64,000 nucleotides of DNA from Octopus vulgaris. Lineage: Eukaryota. Both the position numbers and the translations under genes were made by a program. The number at the start of each line of letters is the position of its first letter. Within the stretch, counting starts at the first letter, position 1. The notes under the pieces were generated by a model, which was given only the letters and a program-made list of their open reading frames with translations, ran no database searches and was not told the DNA's origin. Of the stretch, positions 62,291 to 64,000 are shown piece after piece. The stretch lies in contig OX597815.1 of NCBI GenBank assembly GCA_951406725.2, forward strand, positions 49,352,001 to 49,416,000, written 5' to 3'.

Positions 62291-64000
62291 ATATAACGTA
62301 TTTAAGTCTGCATAAACTATTGTACCCTTTATTTTTGTTATAAACTCTTCTGTTGTTATACTGCAGTTGAAATAACTTCTCGTTTCAATTAATTTTGTTA
62401 ATTAGGAAAAATTAAGAAAAATATCTTTGCCATTATTCAGATGGTGTTTGGAAGATAAATTAACATGAAATTTTAAGGGAAAGTTTTTAGATCACTTTAA
62501 CCCTTTTGTTACCATATTTCTGTAAAAATACACTGCATTTGTTTAAATTAATTTTGTAAATAATGGTGAATTTAGCAAAATAGCTGTCATTATTAAGCTG
62601 GGCTTCTTTCAGTTTCTGCTTACCAAATCCACTCACATGGCTCTGGTTGACCTGAAGCTATAATAGAAGACACTTGTCCAAGGTGCCATGCAGTGGGACT
62701 GAAACTGGAACCATGTGGTTGAGAAGCAAACTTTGTGCCATACAACCAGGTGAAATTCTTAGTGGTGTTTCATCCATCTTTATGTTCTGGGTTCAATACC
62801 ACTGGAGTTGGCTTTGTTGTTCATCCTTTTGAGGTCAATAAAATAAGCACCAGATGTGCACTGGGGTCGATTTAATTGACTTAGCCCTTCCCCTGAAATT
62901 GCTGGCCTTGTGGGAAAATTTGAAACCATTATTAAGCTGTTGACTGTAATATAAAATAAATTAGCTTGAAATTTTGATGGAAGATTTTAATTTAGCAATT
63001 TAGAAATTAAAGGACATTAGAGGATTTGTATCTTAAAATCAGAGGTGTCTCAAGTGTATTGGTATTAAAAGGAATAACAGGGCAGAGTGTGATTTGATAG
63101 AGATTTGACTGCTTTTTCACACAGGTCAAGAAACCTTAAAGAGGTTTCTTCATTGGCGGCTGGCTTCTGTTGCTGTTCCTGCTATGACTGTATGGAAGGA
63201 GGAGTGGTAGAACTTACCCCTTCATCATGAGAGATTAGATAAAGGGGCTATTTCCCTCTTTCCTACCTTCACCACATTGTCACCCCACCATACTCCCTTA
63301 GAGACATGGGTTGCTTGCAAGGGAGATTGTAGCAGGCAGGTAGGTAAGTAGGTAGGTGAGGGAGAGGTTGTCCCTTTGTGAGTCTCCATCTGTTTGAAAG
63401 ATAGACACACACATTCACATATACACACGGCACACACTTACATGAAGCCACTCTCATGCACACATACATACAATACACTTACTCATACTTATATACATAG
63501 ACATATTTACACACACATGTATCTAACACATACACATATTCAACAAAACACATACATTTACATACACACATTTATATACAGATCCATACACTCATTTACA
63601 CATACATGTACACACAGAATACAATATACATACATAGACAAAGATACAAATCAGATACATAGATATATATACACACACACTCACACACGTATACACAAAC
63701 ACACATACAACATGCATACACATGCTTAAACACATACATTCACGTATACATACACACGCACATACACATGTGCACACTGATTACATTCGTTCTGACATCA
63801 CACATATGGCACATGGCACACTCCCTTATTAGTGATGATGGTGGTCTCCTTACTATACCCCACCCTTCCCCCAACTGCGACTCACGTCCTACACCACCAC
63901 CACCACCACCACCGTCGCCGCCACTATGAACAACAGCCACACTATCATTACGACACCTACATCTCTCCACTTGGGATCTTTCAAGCCCAGGGGAGAAAGA

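Noticed and set aside
1-64000. The many ORFs rich in YI, CV, HT, poly-M/D/L/F/N in the ORF track
   Set aside because: They are translations of (AT)n, (GT)n, (ATG)n, (TTC)n and (AAT)n microsatellites that lack stop codons and carry no coding signal.

Overview
This is eukaryotic, repeat-saturated, intron or intergenic-type DNA, not prokaryotic. The SINE families and dense (AT)n/(GT)n/(ATAC)n/(ATG)n microsatellites are most consistent with an octopus (coleoid cephalopod) genome; that assignment is an inference from recognised repeat families. Almost all ORFs in the track are microsatellite read-throughs. Real coding signals are transposon-derived: (1) a young 5'-truncated RTE LINE (minus strand, ~17980-20981) whose intact RT carries an inserted C4HC3 PHD-type zinc finger and whose 3' UTR is a 1.5-kb hierarchical hairpin-repeat array; (2) a Penelope-like GIY-YIG fragment with an inverted terminal copy and a hammerhead ribozyme; (3) the 3' end of an R4/Dong-like RLE retrotransposon inside (ATAC)n; (4) Tc1/mariner and piggyBac transposase relics plus MITEs. 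Several further hammerhead-like motifs, fold-back structures and one credible host-gene exon (8291-8503) were found. There is no rRNA, bona fide tRNA gene or CRISPR array. Repeat boundaries were read by eye and are approximate.
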